Assembly (NCBI GenBank): GCA_031366795.1
Contig: JANLOX010000287.1
Span: 1-17,579 of the forward strand
Reading direction: 5' to 3'
Origin: Candidatus Eiseniibacteriota bacterium
GTDB taxonomy: Bacteria > Eisenbacteria > RBG-16-71-46
Length of the DNA stretch: 17,579 nucleotides
The notes under the pieces were generated by a model that was not told where the DNA came from, did not search any database, and saw nothing but the letters and a program-made list of their open reading frames with translations. A program made the translations under genes and the position numbers. Within the stretch, counting starts at the first letter, position 1. Every line of letters starts with the position of its first letter. Positions 7,993 to 16,224 of the stretch are shown piece after piece.

Positions 7993-9158
7993 CGCATCTT
8001 CCTCGCCTCGCGCAGGGCATTCGGCGTCGAGCGCGCCCATTGCAGCCATTCATAGACGTGCGGCAGCGGATCCGACCAGCGCAGGTTATGGCGCACGCCC
8101 GGGGACACAGCATCCCACGCCACGCGCGGCAGGCTCGCAGGGCGCGCCATCGCATGCCACAGATCGCCACCGAGCGGCCAACTGTAGCGCACGTGGCGGA
8201 CGGGTTCCTGCGCGGCCAACGCGTGGCCGTCGAGCAGCGCCGCGAGGTCGCGCGGGAAGTGCACGCCCGCAGCGAGCGCCACATCGTGCGAGCCCCAGAA
8301 CTTCGCGTTGATCTCCATCAGCACGAGCCTTCCTTCGGGATCGCCCTTGAACTCGACCATCACCACGCCATGCCAACCGAGCGCATCGAGCAGCGTGGCG
8401 CCCGCGCGCTCCAGCGGCGCGCACGTGGGCAGGCTCTCGGCGGCCGCACTCGCGCCGCCCGACGGCGGCCATTCGCGGACGCGACGGTGCATGAACGTGC
8501 GCATGCGCTGGCCAAGCCAGTAGAGCGCGCAGAACCCGTAGCCCTCCCCCTTCACGTACTCCTGCGCCAGCACACCTTCGGCCGCATGCGCGCGCACTGC
8601 AGCGTAGGCATCCGGGACTTCCGACTCCTCGCGCACGTAACGCAGCGCCTTGATGCCTTCCTCGCGGCTCGACTTGAGCACGAGCGGCGCGCCGAATTCC
8701 GCGAGCGCTTCGCGCGCTTCATCGGCGTTGGCGACCGAGCGCTCGCGCGGCGTCGCGAGCCCGAGCCGGCGCGCCACCGCAGCGGTGAGGTCCTTGGCAT
8801 TCGCGGTCAGGAACGCTTCGTGATCCGCGATGGCGACACGCACGCCCACCGGCCAACGCGTGCGCAGCCTGTCGGCCGCCGCCATCGCGCCATTGCCAAT
8901 CGCGATCACGCTCACGGGCGCCAGGCGTTTCGCCACGTTGAAGAGCCGCGCATCGTAGCCAGACTCGGGCCCGGAGGATTCGTGCCACGCGTGAACCGCC
9001 CGCGAGTGCACCGCGGGCGCGCGGCCGGAGCGCGCCAGCACGTGCACTTCGTGGCCCGCATCGGCCAAGTCGCGCACGATTCCGAGCGTGTGCTTGAACT
9101 CCCCGTCGGTGACGAGGACGCGCGATCCCGCAGAGTCATTGGGCTTGGGGCCAGTCAT
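7989..9158 (-). CDS. ATP-grasp carboxylate-amine ligase
   Basis: Start moved to ATG 9158, 11 nt after the mutY stop. ATP-grasp motifs AKDLT..A..LGLATP, PLVLKS, LAQEYVKG, REWPPSGGAS, WHGVVMVEFK and LMEINAKFWGS. Confidence 0.9.
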   Translation of the reverse strand: MTGPKPNDSAGSRVLVTDGEFKHTLGIVRDLADAGHEVHVLARSGRAPAVHSRAVHAWHESSGPESGYDARLFNVAKRLAPVSVIAIGNGAMAAADRLRTRWPVGVRVAIADHEAFLTANAKDLTAAVARRLGLATPRERSVANADEAREALAEFGAPLVLKSSREEGIKALRYVREESEVPDAYAAVRAHAAEGVLAQEYVKGEGYGFCALYWLGQRMRTFMHRRVREWPPSGGASAAAESLPTCAPLERAGATLLDALGWHGVVMVEFKGDPEGRLVLMEINAKFWGSHDVALAAGVHFPRDLAALLDGHALAAQEPVRHVRYSWPLGGDLWHAMARPASLPRVAWDAVSPGVRHNLRWSDPLPHVYEWLQWARSTPNALREARKMR

Positions 9159-9169
9159 CGCCGCACAAT

Positions 9170-10258
9170 CTACCGCAATCGCGGTGCCACCGAAGCAGCG
9201 ACGCGTTTTGCCAGCGCGGTGATGGCCACGCGTGGGGACGAAGGGTCGACGAAGCGTAGCGCGGCGCGCCGCGGCACGGGCAGCTCGAGCGTCCCGTTCC
9301 ACAGCTCGACCTCGATATCGCGATCGGTGATCCGGTGACGCACGGTCTTGCGCGAGGGCTCGATGCTCGCTTTGACCCCCAACCGCACCAACTCAGCCGC
9401 GAGCGCCACGCGCACCCGCTGCCGCGCGGTGAGTTCGATGCCCGGCGGCTCCCACAGTCCAGCGAGCAGCGCGCCCGAGAGCCGCGTCATCAGGAGCGCT
9501 CCTGCCCTCTCGATCACCACGATTGCACGACGCACGCGCCGCGTTGCGCGCCGCACCGCCACCGGCGGGAAGTCCCCTGGGCGGCCCAGCGCAAAGGCGC
9601 TGCATTGCGCGCGGACCGGGCACTCGCCACAGCGCGGCGCGCGCGGCGTGCACACCGTGGCGCCCAGTTCCATCAGCGCCTGGTTCCACTCCGAAGGGTC
9701 GTGCTTGGGCATCCATTCCGTGGCGAGCTCCCACAGGGCGCGGGCACCCACAGGGTCGCGGACCGAAATATGCAGAGCTCCGATGCGTGACAAGACGCGC
9801 GCGACGTTTCCATCCAGCACAGGGATCGACAGCCCAAATGCGATCGACATCACTGCACCGACTGTGTAGCGACCCACGCCCGGCAGTTGCGCGAATTGTT
9901 CGGGATCCCGTGGGACGACTCCAGAGTGTTCGCGCACCACGACGCGCGCCGCCTCATGCAGGTGGCGAGCACGACGGTAGTACCCGAGGCCCGCCCATGC
10001 GGCGAGCACGGCCTCAGGTTCCGCGCGCGCCAAGTGGGGCAGCGTGGGGAAACGCTCGAGGAAGCGATGGTAGTATGGGGTCGCGGTGATGACCTGCGTC
10101 TGCTGCAGCATCACCTCCGACAGCCAGATCCGGTAGGGATCACGCGTGCTGCGCCAGGGCATGGGCCGGTGGTTGCACCGGTACCACCCCCGCAACGCGC
10201 GCTCGAATCCCGCTGGAGGGCCCGTTTTGCCCGCAATCTGGGCGGGCTTCCGCAGCAT
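9170..10258 (-). CDS. mutY: A/G-specific adenine DNA glycosylase MutY
   Basis: PWR...DPYRIWLSEVMLQQTQV, GLGYYRRAR, HhH LPGVGRYT, catalytic VLDGNVARV, [4Fe-4S] motif CTPRAPRCGECPVRAQC, and a C-terminal NUDIX-like domain (GLWEPPG). The start is ATG 10258 or ATG 10276. Confidence 0.97.
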   Translation of the reverse strand: MLRKPAQIAGKTGPPAGFERALRGWYRCNHRPMPWRSTRDPYRIWLSEVMLQQTQVITATPYYHRFLERFPTLPHLARAEPEAVLAAWAGLGYYRRARHLHEAARVVVREHSGVVPRDPEQFAQLPGVGRYTVGAVMSIAFGLSIPVLDGNVARVLSRIGALHISVRDPVGARALWELATEWMPKHDPSEWNQALMELGATVCTPRAPRCGECPVRAQCSAFALGRPGDFPPVAVRRATRRVRRAIVVIERAGALLMTRLSGALLAGLWEPPGIELTARQRVRVALAAELVRLGVKASIEPSRKTVRHRITDRDIEVELWNGTLELPVPRRAALRFVDPSSPRVAITALAKRVAASVAPRLR

Positions 10259-10274
10259 CGAAAGCTTACGTGCC

Positions 10275-11114
10275 ATGAACGAACCTCCACGCCTGAACGC
10301 CGAATTCATCGACCTGATCCAGCGCCCCGACGATTCGCTCGAGCTGGCGCGGGCGGCCCTGCTCGTGGCTGCCGAGTGCGATGCCAACCTCGATGTGCAA
10401 GGGGAGCTGTCGCGCATTCGCGAATGGGGCGATGAATTGGCGCGCCGCATCGAGCCTGAATGGAACAACCTCCAGCGCCTGGCGCGGCTGCGTGCGTTCC
10501 TGTTTGAGGAGCTGGGCTTTCGCGGCGACCGCTCGGACTACTTCAGCCCGAGCAACTCGCTGCTGCATGAAGTGGTGCAGCGGCGGCGCGGTATTCCGTT
10601 GACGCTCGGCATCCTGATGCTCGAACTCGGCTGGCGCGTGGGCATGCCGCTCGAAGGCGTCGGCTTCCCGGGGCACTTCCTCGTGCGGCTCGCGGGTGAG
10701 CCTGCCGACGTGCTGCTCGATCCGTTCTCGCGCGGCATGGTCGTGCGCGAAGCGGATTGCGAGCGCATGCTCGCCGACTCCACCAAGGGCCGTATGAGCT
10801 TCGAGCCCGGGATGATCGCCTCGGTGCGCCGCCGCGACATGCTGCTGCGGCTGCTCAACAACTTGAAGAACGCCTATCTGCGCCAGGGCGCGGACGCGCT
10901 GGCGCTCGGTGTCGTGCATCACCTGATCGCCCTGTCGCCCGACGATGCCGAGGAGACGCGCGATCGCGGGCTGCTGTTGTTTCGGCTGCATCGCTACGGC
11001 CAGGCACTTGAGTGCCTGAAGACCTACCTCGCCGCAGCACCTCAAGCCGCTGACCGCGAGGTCATCGAGAAGCACTGCGGGGCGCTGCGGCAATTGATCG
11101 CGAGTCTCAACTAG
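10275..11114 (+). CDS. SirB1/YchA-family protein (transglutaminase-like core + C-terminal TPR)
   Basis: Start moved to ATG 10275. Family motifs LARAALLVA, LFEELGFRGD..DY..P.NSLL..V..RRRGIPLTL, GVGFPGHFLVR, DPF, RLLNNLK and RDRGLL. Confidence 0.9.
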   Translation: MNEPPRLNAEFIDLIQRPDDSLELARAALLVAAECDANLDVQGELSRIREWGDELARRIEPEWNNLQRLARLRAFLFEELGFRGDRSDYFSPSNSLLHEVVQRRRGIPLTLGILMLELGWRVGMPLEGVGFPGHFLVRLAGEPADVLLDPFSRGMVVREADCERMLADSTKGRMSFEPGMIASVRRRDMLLRLLNNLKNAYLRQGADALALGVVHHLIALSPDDAEETRDRGLLLFRLHRYGQALECLKTYLAAAPQAADREVIEKHCGALRQLIASLN

Positions 11115-11148
11115 CCCGGACCATTCCTGAAGCGCGCGCACCGCCCAA

Positions 11149-12228
11149 CTACTCCGCGCCAAACGAGAATGCGTAGTAAGTGATGTCGGGCCGCTCGGGC
11201 GAGAGCCGCAGCACGTGGGCTCCCCCACGCTGGATGAGCGAATAGCTGCGCGGCTCGGCGACCTCCACATAGGTGGCGCCGCGCGCATCGACACGCACGT
11301 CGTCGCCGCGCGCCTCGGCCGGCACCCAGCCGTCGTCGTACATCACCCACACGCGCGCGGGCTCGAGCGAGCCGAGCACCGCGTCGACGCTGCCGCCGTC
11401 GTAGCGGATCGCGACATAGTCGGCGGCACCGCCGCGCGCCGCCGTCACGCCATCGGCCGAGGGCTTCCAGCGCCCCACGGGATAGGGCGTGTAGCTGAGC
11501 CCCTGCTCCTGGTAGCGGAATTGCGCCGTGAACATCAACGCCTCGCCCGGCACCGCCGCCGCGAGCGGACCGCCGCCGACGCGTGAGGTGCCACAGTAGA
11601 CGCGGCGCGCAGGCTTGGTGACGCGTTCGGTCACGCCTCCGGGCAGCGGGAGGTCCGCGCCGCCGCGACCCGAATCCTTGCGCAGCGCCTCGATCGCAGC
11701 ATGCAGCGCCGCTTCGGCGCGATCGCCTTCGCCCGTCCAAACGCGCTTGCCGTCGTGCCCCACCACGATCCACAGCGGCAACGCCTCGCCCACTCCCATC
11801 TGCGAGCCGACACGTGAGCCCGCATCGAGAGCGACCGGAAGACTCACGCCGCTGCGTCGCAGCGCGCGCGCGGGGGCAGCGCTGTCGGCCGAGAACGCGA
11901 ACTCCGGCACGTGCAGGCCGACGACGCGCAGCCCGAAGCGACCATACGCCTTGAGCCAGGCATCGGCGTCACGCAACAGCCGCAGCGACAACGGATCGGT
12001 GTCGGACCACGCCATGATCACCACGGTGTGGCCACGCAACGAATCGGCGAGTAGCGGCGGGCCATCGAGCCAGCCACTGGCGTCCGCAAGTGCCGTGAGC
12101 GGGCGCGCTGACCCGGCGCCCGCGCCATCGCTGGACGATTCCCGCGGAGTGCACGCGCCGCTGAACAGCGCCGCGGTGAGCAGCAACGCGGTCAGCGCGA
12201 ACAGCCTGCGATGTGAACGTGGGGCCAT
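11149..12228 (-). CDS. DipZ-like lipoprotein (thioredoxin/redoxin fold + DipZ C-terminal domain) lacking the CxxC motif
   Basis: Lipoprotein-type signal ending FSGAC. Segments GWLDGPPL..LRGHTVVI, VVGLHVPEFAF, PVALD, GEG and the C-terminal EPRSYSLI...HVLRL...YAFSFG match DipZ. The active-site position reads WSDTDPLS rather than W-x-x-x-C-x-x-C. Confidence 0.82.
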   Translation of the reverse strand: MAPRSHRRLFALTALLLTAALFSGACTPRESSSDGAGAGSARPLTALADASGWLDGPPLLADSLRGHTVVIMAWSDTDPLSLRLLRDADAWLKAYGRFGLRVVGLHVPEFAFSADSAAPARALRRSGVSLPVALDAGSRVGSQMGVGEALPLWIVVGHDGKRVWTGEGDRAEAALHAAIEALRKDSGRGGADLPLPGGVTERVTKPARRVYCGTSRVGGGPLAAAVPGEALMFTAQFRYQEQGLSYTPYPVGRWKPSADGVTAARGGAADYVAIRYDGGSVDAVLGSLEPARVWVMYDDGWVPAEARGDDVRVDARGATYVEVAEPRSYSLIQRGGAHVLRLSPERPDITYYAFSFGAE

Positions 12229-12234
12229 CCCGGC

Positions 12235-12240
12235 ACTATA
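12235..12240 (-). promoter_or_regulatory. Candidate -10 (TATAGT) placed for leaderless transcription of the DipZ-like gene
   Basis: TATAGT is followed by 6 nt (GCCGGG) and then ATG 12228. There is no room for an SD. Confidence 0.55.
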
Positions 12241-12279
12241 ACGATTGCCCGGGTGCCCGATGAAGTCGCGGCGGCTGCG

Positions 12280-12288
12280 TGCTATCCT
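12280..12288 (+). promoter_or_regulatory. Candidate extended -10 promoter (TGcTATCCT) of the ABC transporter operon
   Basis: Matches TGnTAnnnT, about 120 nt upstream of ATG 12409. SD AGGGAG at 12394-12399. Confidence 0.45.
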
Positions 12289-12408
12289 CGCGCGCCGTCA
12301 TTGGAATCACACGAAGTCGCGCAGCAGGGCCGCACGCGCGCTGCACGGGGTCACATCCAAGTAACGCCAACGTCTCGCCCGTCACGCATGGGCAGGGAGT
12401 GAACGACC

Positions 12409-13548
12409 ATGTTCGCACGCCGTTTGATTCCGTGGCTCGCCCTGACACTCGTTCTCACCGGCTGCGCCAAGCAGGCCCAACAGGCGGCCACTCCCGCCGC
12501 AAGCGATTCGGCGTCCGTCGCCAACTTCAAGATCGGCGTGATGACGGGAACCGTGTCACAGGGGGAGGAAGACTACCGCGCCGGCGAGCAGATTCAGGCC
12601 AAGTACGGCGACCGCGTGAAGCACGTAACCTACCCCGACAACTTCATGAATGAGCAGGAAACCGTGATCGCGCAGCTCACGGGGCTGGCCGCCGACCCGG
12701 AAGTGAAGGTGATCGTGATCGCCCAGGCCGTCCCCGGCTCGGTCGCCGCGGCGCGCAAGATCCGCGAGCAGCGCCCCGACGTGCTGATCGGCTTCATCGG
12801 CCCGCACGAGGATCCGGATGTCGTCGACCAAGCCTGCGACATAGCAGTCCAGGCCGACCAGGTGATGCGCGGCACCACGATCATCGACAACGCTCACACC
12901 ATGGGTGCTACGAACTTCGTGCACTACTCCTTCCCGCGCCACATGTCGCAGCTGCTGATCGCGCAGCGCAAGATCGCGATGGAAAGGGAATGCGCCAAGC
13001 TGGGCATGAAGTTCTACTTCGTCACCGCCCCCGACCCGATGGGTGAGAGTGGCCTGCCCGGCGCCCAGCAGTTCATCCTCGAGGATGTCCCCCGGCAGCT
13101 GGCGAAGCTCGGCAAGCAGACCGCGTTCTATTCGACCAACGACGGCATGCAGGAGCCGTTGATCAAGTCGATCCTCGCCAACGGTGGCCTGTTCGTGGAG
13201 CAGGACACCCCCGCGCCGACGGCAGGCTTCCCCGCAGCACTCGGCATGTCGATCCCGCCCGAGCACTCGGGCGACATGGACTGGATCAACGGCGAGATCA
13301 AGCGATTGTTGGCCGAGAAGGGCGCGACCGGACGCTTTGGCAGCTGGATCGCCCCCATCGACATGGTCACCGCGCGCGCCGTCACGAACCTGCTCGTCGA
13401 TGCGGTGAACCACAAGGCCGACTTCACGGATTCCGCGACGGTCGAGCGCTACATGAGCGCCGAAGTGAACAACACCCCGGTCAAGATCCGCCGCTACGGG
13501 CCCAAGAGCCACCAGTTCCTGGTGATTCTGGATCACATCACCTACTGA
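12409..13548 (+). CDS. ABC transporter substrate-binding lipoprotein, DUF3798 family
   Basis: Lipobox LTGC and a good SD. Motifs KIGVMTGTVSQGEEDYR, HVTYPDNFM.EQET, HYSFPRHMS, TAPDP...G..GAQQFILEDVP and STNDGMQEPLI are as I recall them for DUF3798 proteins. It is the first gene of an ABC operon. Confidence 0.85.
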   Translation: MFARRLIPWLALTLVLTGCAKQAQQAATPAASDSASVANFKIGVMTGTVSQGEEDYRAGEQIQAKYGDRVKHVTYPDNFMNEQETVIAQLTGLAADPEVKVIVIAQAVPGSVAAARKIREQRPDVLIGFIGPHEDPDVVDQACDIAVQADQVMRGTTIIDNAHTMGATNFVHYSFPRHMSQLLIAQRKIAMERECAKLGMKFYFVTAPDPMGESGLPGAQQFILEDVPRQLAKLGKQTAFYSTNDGMQEPLIKSILANGGLFVEQDTPAPTAGFPAALGMSIPPEHSGDMDWINGEIKRLLAEKGATGRFGSWIAPIDMVTARAVTNLLVDAVNHKADFTDSATVERYMSAEVNNTPVKIRRYGPKSHQFLVILDHITY

Positions 13549-13556
13549 CCGGAGCG

Positions 13557-15158
13557 ATGCCCGACGCCCTGCTGGATCTGAAGAACGTCTCCAAGGAGTA
13601 CATGGGCAACCGTGTGCTCAAGGACGTCTCGTTGAGCGTGCAGCGCGGCACCATTCATGCGCTGCTCGGCGAGAATGGCGCGGGCAAGTCGACGTTGATG
13701 AACATACTGTTCGGTATGCCGGTGATTCATGAGACGGGCGGATTCGGCGGCACGGTCATGCTCGATGGCACCGAAGCGCGGTTCACCTCCCCGGCGGACG
13801 CGATGCAGGCGGGGCTCGGGATGGTGCACCAGGAGTTCATGCTGCTGCCGGGGTTCTCGATCGCGGAGAACATCAAGCTCAACCGCGAGCCTACGCGTCC
13901 CGGCATCCTGTCGCGTGTGTTCGGCCCCAAGCTGGAGAGCCTCGATCGCGCGCGCATCGGCGCCGATGCGCGTTCCGCGCTGGATCGCGTGGGACTGGGG
14001 ATCGACGAGTGGCTACCGATGGCGGGGCAGCCGGTCGGGCACATGCAATTCGTCGAGATCGCGCGCGAGGTCGACAAGCGCAACCTCAAGCTGCTGATCT
14101 TCGACGAACCCACGGCGGTGCTGACCGAGAGCGAAGCGGTGCAGCTGCTCGCGGTCATGAAGAGCCTCGCGGCCCAGGGCATCGGCATCCTGTTCATCAC
14201 GCACCGGCTCGATGAAGTGCTGGCGGTCGCCGACGACATCACGGTGCTGCGTGATGGCGAAGTGGTGGGCCGGCTCGATCCCTCGGCCACGAGCGTCGAG
14301 CAGATCGCCGAGTTGATGGTCGGCCGCCCCACGACGATCGGCACGCGCGGGCCGGCCACGGAGCGCGATGGGCGCCCGCCCGCGCTCGACATCGAAGACC
14401 TGCACGTCGACATGCCGGGCGAGGAGGTGCACGGCGTCTCCTTTACGCTGCATCGGGGCGAGATCCTGGGACTCGCGGGACTCGCGGGGCACGGCAAGAT
14501 CGGCATCGCGAACGGCTTGATGGGAATTCACCCGACGCGCGGAAGGGTGCGCAAAGACGGCGCGCCGTTCACGCTCAACCATCCCCGCGCCGCCATTCGT
14601 TCGGGGCTGGCGTTTGTTTCGGAAGACCGTCGCGGCGTGGGCATCCTGCCGGACGAGAGCATCGAGCTGAACATCGCGCTGACCGCCATCGAGGCGCAGG
14701 ACCGCTTCCTCCACGGTGGCCCCATCGCATCGTTGCGCGTGCTCGACGCGGGCGCGATCCGGCGCCATGCGCGCGAGATGATCGAGCGACTCGACATCCG
14801 CTGCACGGGGCCGGGCCAACATGTGCGGCGGCTGTCGGGCGGCAACCAGCAGAAGGTGTGCCTCGCCCGCGCCATGACGCTCGCGCCGGACACCATGCTC
14901 GTGTCGGAGCCGACGCGCGGCATCGATGTCGGCGCCAAGGAGCGCGTGCTCGAGTTGCTGCGCGGCCTGAATCGCGAGCAGGGCATGGCTCTGCTCGTCA
15001 CGTCTTCGGAGCTGGCGGAGTTGCGCGCACTGTGCGACCGAATCGCCATCGTCTATCACGGGCGCATCGAAATCATCCTGCCAGCGGACGCCAGCGATCG
15101 CGACTTCGGTCTCGCGATGGCGGGCGAACTGGAACGCAGTGGAGCGGTGCGTGGCTAA
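13557..15158 (+). CDS. ABC transporter ATP-binding protein with two fused ABC domains (CUT2/RbsA-MglA type)
   Basis: Walker A GENGAGKST, Q-loop MVHQE, Walker B IFDEPT and H-loop ITHRL. The second domain has a degenerate Walker A, signature LSGGNQQKV and SEPTRGIDVGAK. Confidence 0.96.
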   Translation: MPDALLDLKNVSKEYMGNRVLKDVSLSVQRGTIHALLGENGAGKSTLMNILFGMPVIHETGGFGGTVMLDGTEARFTSPADAMQAGLGMVHQEFMLLPGFSIAENIKLNREPTRPGILSRVFGPKLESLDRARIGADARSALDRVGLGIDEWLPMAGQPVGHMQFVEIAREVDKRNLKLLIFDEPTAVLTESEAVQLLAVMKSLAAQGIGILFITHRLDEVLAVADDITVLRDGEVVGRLDPSATSVEQIAELMVGRPTTIGTRGPATERDGRPPALDIEDLHVDMPGEEVHGVSFTLHRGEILGLAGLAGHGKIGIANGLMGIHPTRGRVRKDGAPFTLNHPRAAIRSGLAFVSEDRRGVGILPDESIELNIALTAIEAQDRFLHGGPIASLRVLDAGAIRRHAREMIERLDIRCTGPGQHVRRLSGGNQQKVCLARAMTLAPDTMLVSEPTRGIDVGAKERVLELLRGLNREQGMALLVTSSELAELRALCDRIAIVYHGRIEIILPADASDRDFGLAMAGELERSGAVRG

Positions 15159-16224
15159 ACCGGACACCGCGACCCCAGCGCCGAACGCGCTCGACGCCGC
15201 GCGCGAATTCGTGCGCGAACTCGGTGTGCCGCGGTTGCTGATCGCGGCGTTCGTGATCGTACTGTTCATCATCGCCGCGGTGACGCACATGGACTTGAAC
15301 TCGCTGGTCACCGATTCGCTGCTGCGTGTCGGGCGCAACGGGCTGCTCGTGCTGGCGCTGCTGCCCTCGGTGCAGGGAGGGCTCGGCCTCAACTTCGGCC
15401 TGCCGCTCGGCATCGTGTGCGGGCTGCTCGCGTGCGTGATCACGCTCGATTTCGGCATCGGTGGCTGGACTGGATTGCTCTGTGCGCTCGGCATGGGTGC
15501 AGCGCTCGCAATCCCGGCGGGCCTCGCCTACGGCTGGCTGCTCAACCGCACGCGCGGCCAGGAGATGATGGTCGGCACCTATCTCGGCTTCGCGATCGTG
15601 TCAGGCATGAGCATCTTTTGGACGATGGCGCCGTTCCACAATCCTCAACTCGTCTGGGCGATCGGCGGCCACGGCCTGCGCACCACGCTCACGCTGCCGC
15701 CCAACTTCGACAAGGTGCTCGATCACCTGTGGGCGTTCCGGGTGGGCGGCGTCACGGTGCCGACGGGGACGCTGGGGTTGTTCCTCGGCGCCTGCGCCCT
15801 GATCGCATTGTTCTTCCGCACGCGCATGGGGCTGACGATCTCCGCTGCCCGCAGCAACCCCCGCTTCGCGCGCGCCGCGGGCATCTCGGACCAGCGCACG
15901 CGCGTGCAGGCGACAGTGTTGTCGACGGTGATCGCGGCGGTGGGCATCGTGGTGTTCTGCCAGTCGTATGGCTTCGTGCAGCTCTACACAGCACCCCTGC
16001 TGATGGCATTCCCCGCCGTCGCCTGTTTGTTGATCGGCGGCGCCAGCGTGTCGCGCGCGACGCTCACGCATGTGATCGTGGGCACGTTCCTGTTCCAGTC
16101 GATCCTGACGATCGCGCTGCCGGTCACAAGCCAGGTAATACAGGGTGACATCTCCGAGACCGCCCGCCTCGTGATCCAGAACGGCATGATCCTCTACGCG
16201 CTCACGCGTCGCGGGGACCGCTAG
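15151..16224 (+). CDS. ABC transporter permease (BPD_transp_2/RbsC-like)
   Basis: GTG 15151 follows GGAG (15141-15144) and overlaps the ATPase stop. Multiple TM helices, GLGLNFGLPLG, FFRTRMG...NPRFARAAGIS. Confidence 0.92.
   Translation: MAKPDTATPAPNALDAAREFVRELGVPRLLIAAFVIVLFIIAAVTHMDLNSLVTDSLLRVGRNGLLVLALLPSVQGGLGLNFGLPLGIVCGLLACVITLDFGIGGWTGLLCALGMGAALAIPAGLAYGWLLNRTRGQEMMVGTYLGFAIVSGMSIFWTMAPFHNPQLVWAIGGHGLRTTLTLPPNFDKVLDHLWAFRVGGVTVPTGTLGLFLGACALIALFFRTRMGLTISAARSNPRFARAAGISDQRTRVQATVLSTVIAAVGIVVFCQSYGFVQLYTAPLLMAFPAVACLLIGGASVSRATLTHVIVGTFLFQSILTIALPVTSQVIQGDISETARLVIQNGMILYALTRRGDR

Noticed and set aside
8040..9338. Long antisense ORFs (this one; also 1167..2204, 6617..7666, 10266..11294, 12556..13536, 14013..15494)
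   Set aside because: Shadow ORFs are expected opposite real genes in GC-rich DNA, and they have no recognisable motifs.
10277..10468. Long mutual overlap of mutY (from 10468) and the SirB1-like gene (from 10146)
   Set aside because: Family homology begins only near 10258-10276 for each gene. The extensions are antisense read-through of the other gene.
12300..12400. Known riboswitch (c-di-GMP, TPP, purine, SAM) in the ABC leader
   Set aside because: I could not find the diagnostic conserved cores by eye. It is kept only as an unassigned structured leader.
14440..14510. Degenerate second Walker A (GLAGHGKIG) as a sign of pseudogenisation
   Set aside because: A degenerate second nucleotide-binding site is normal for CUT2-type double ATPases.
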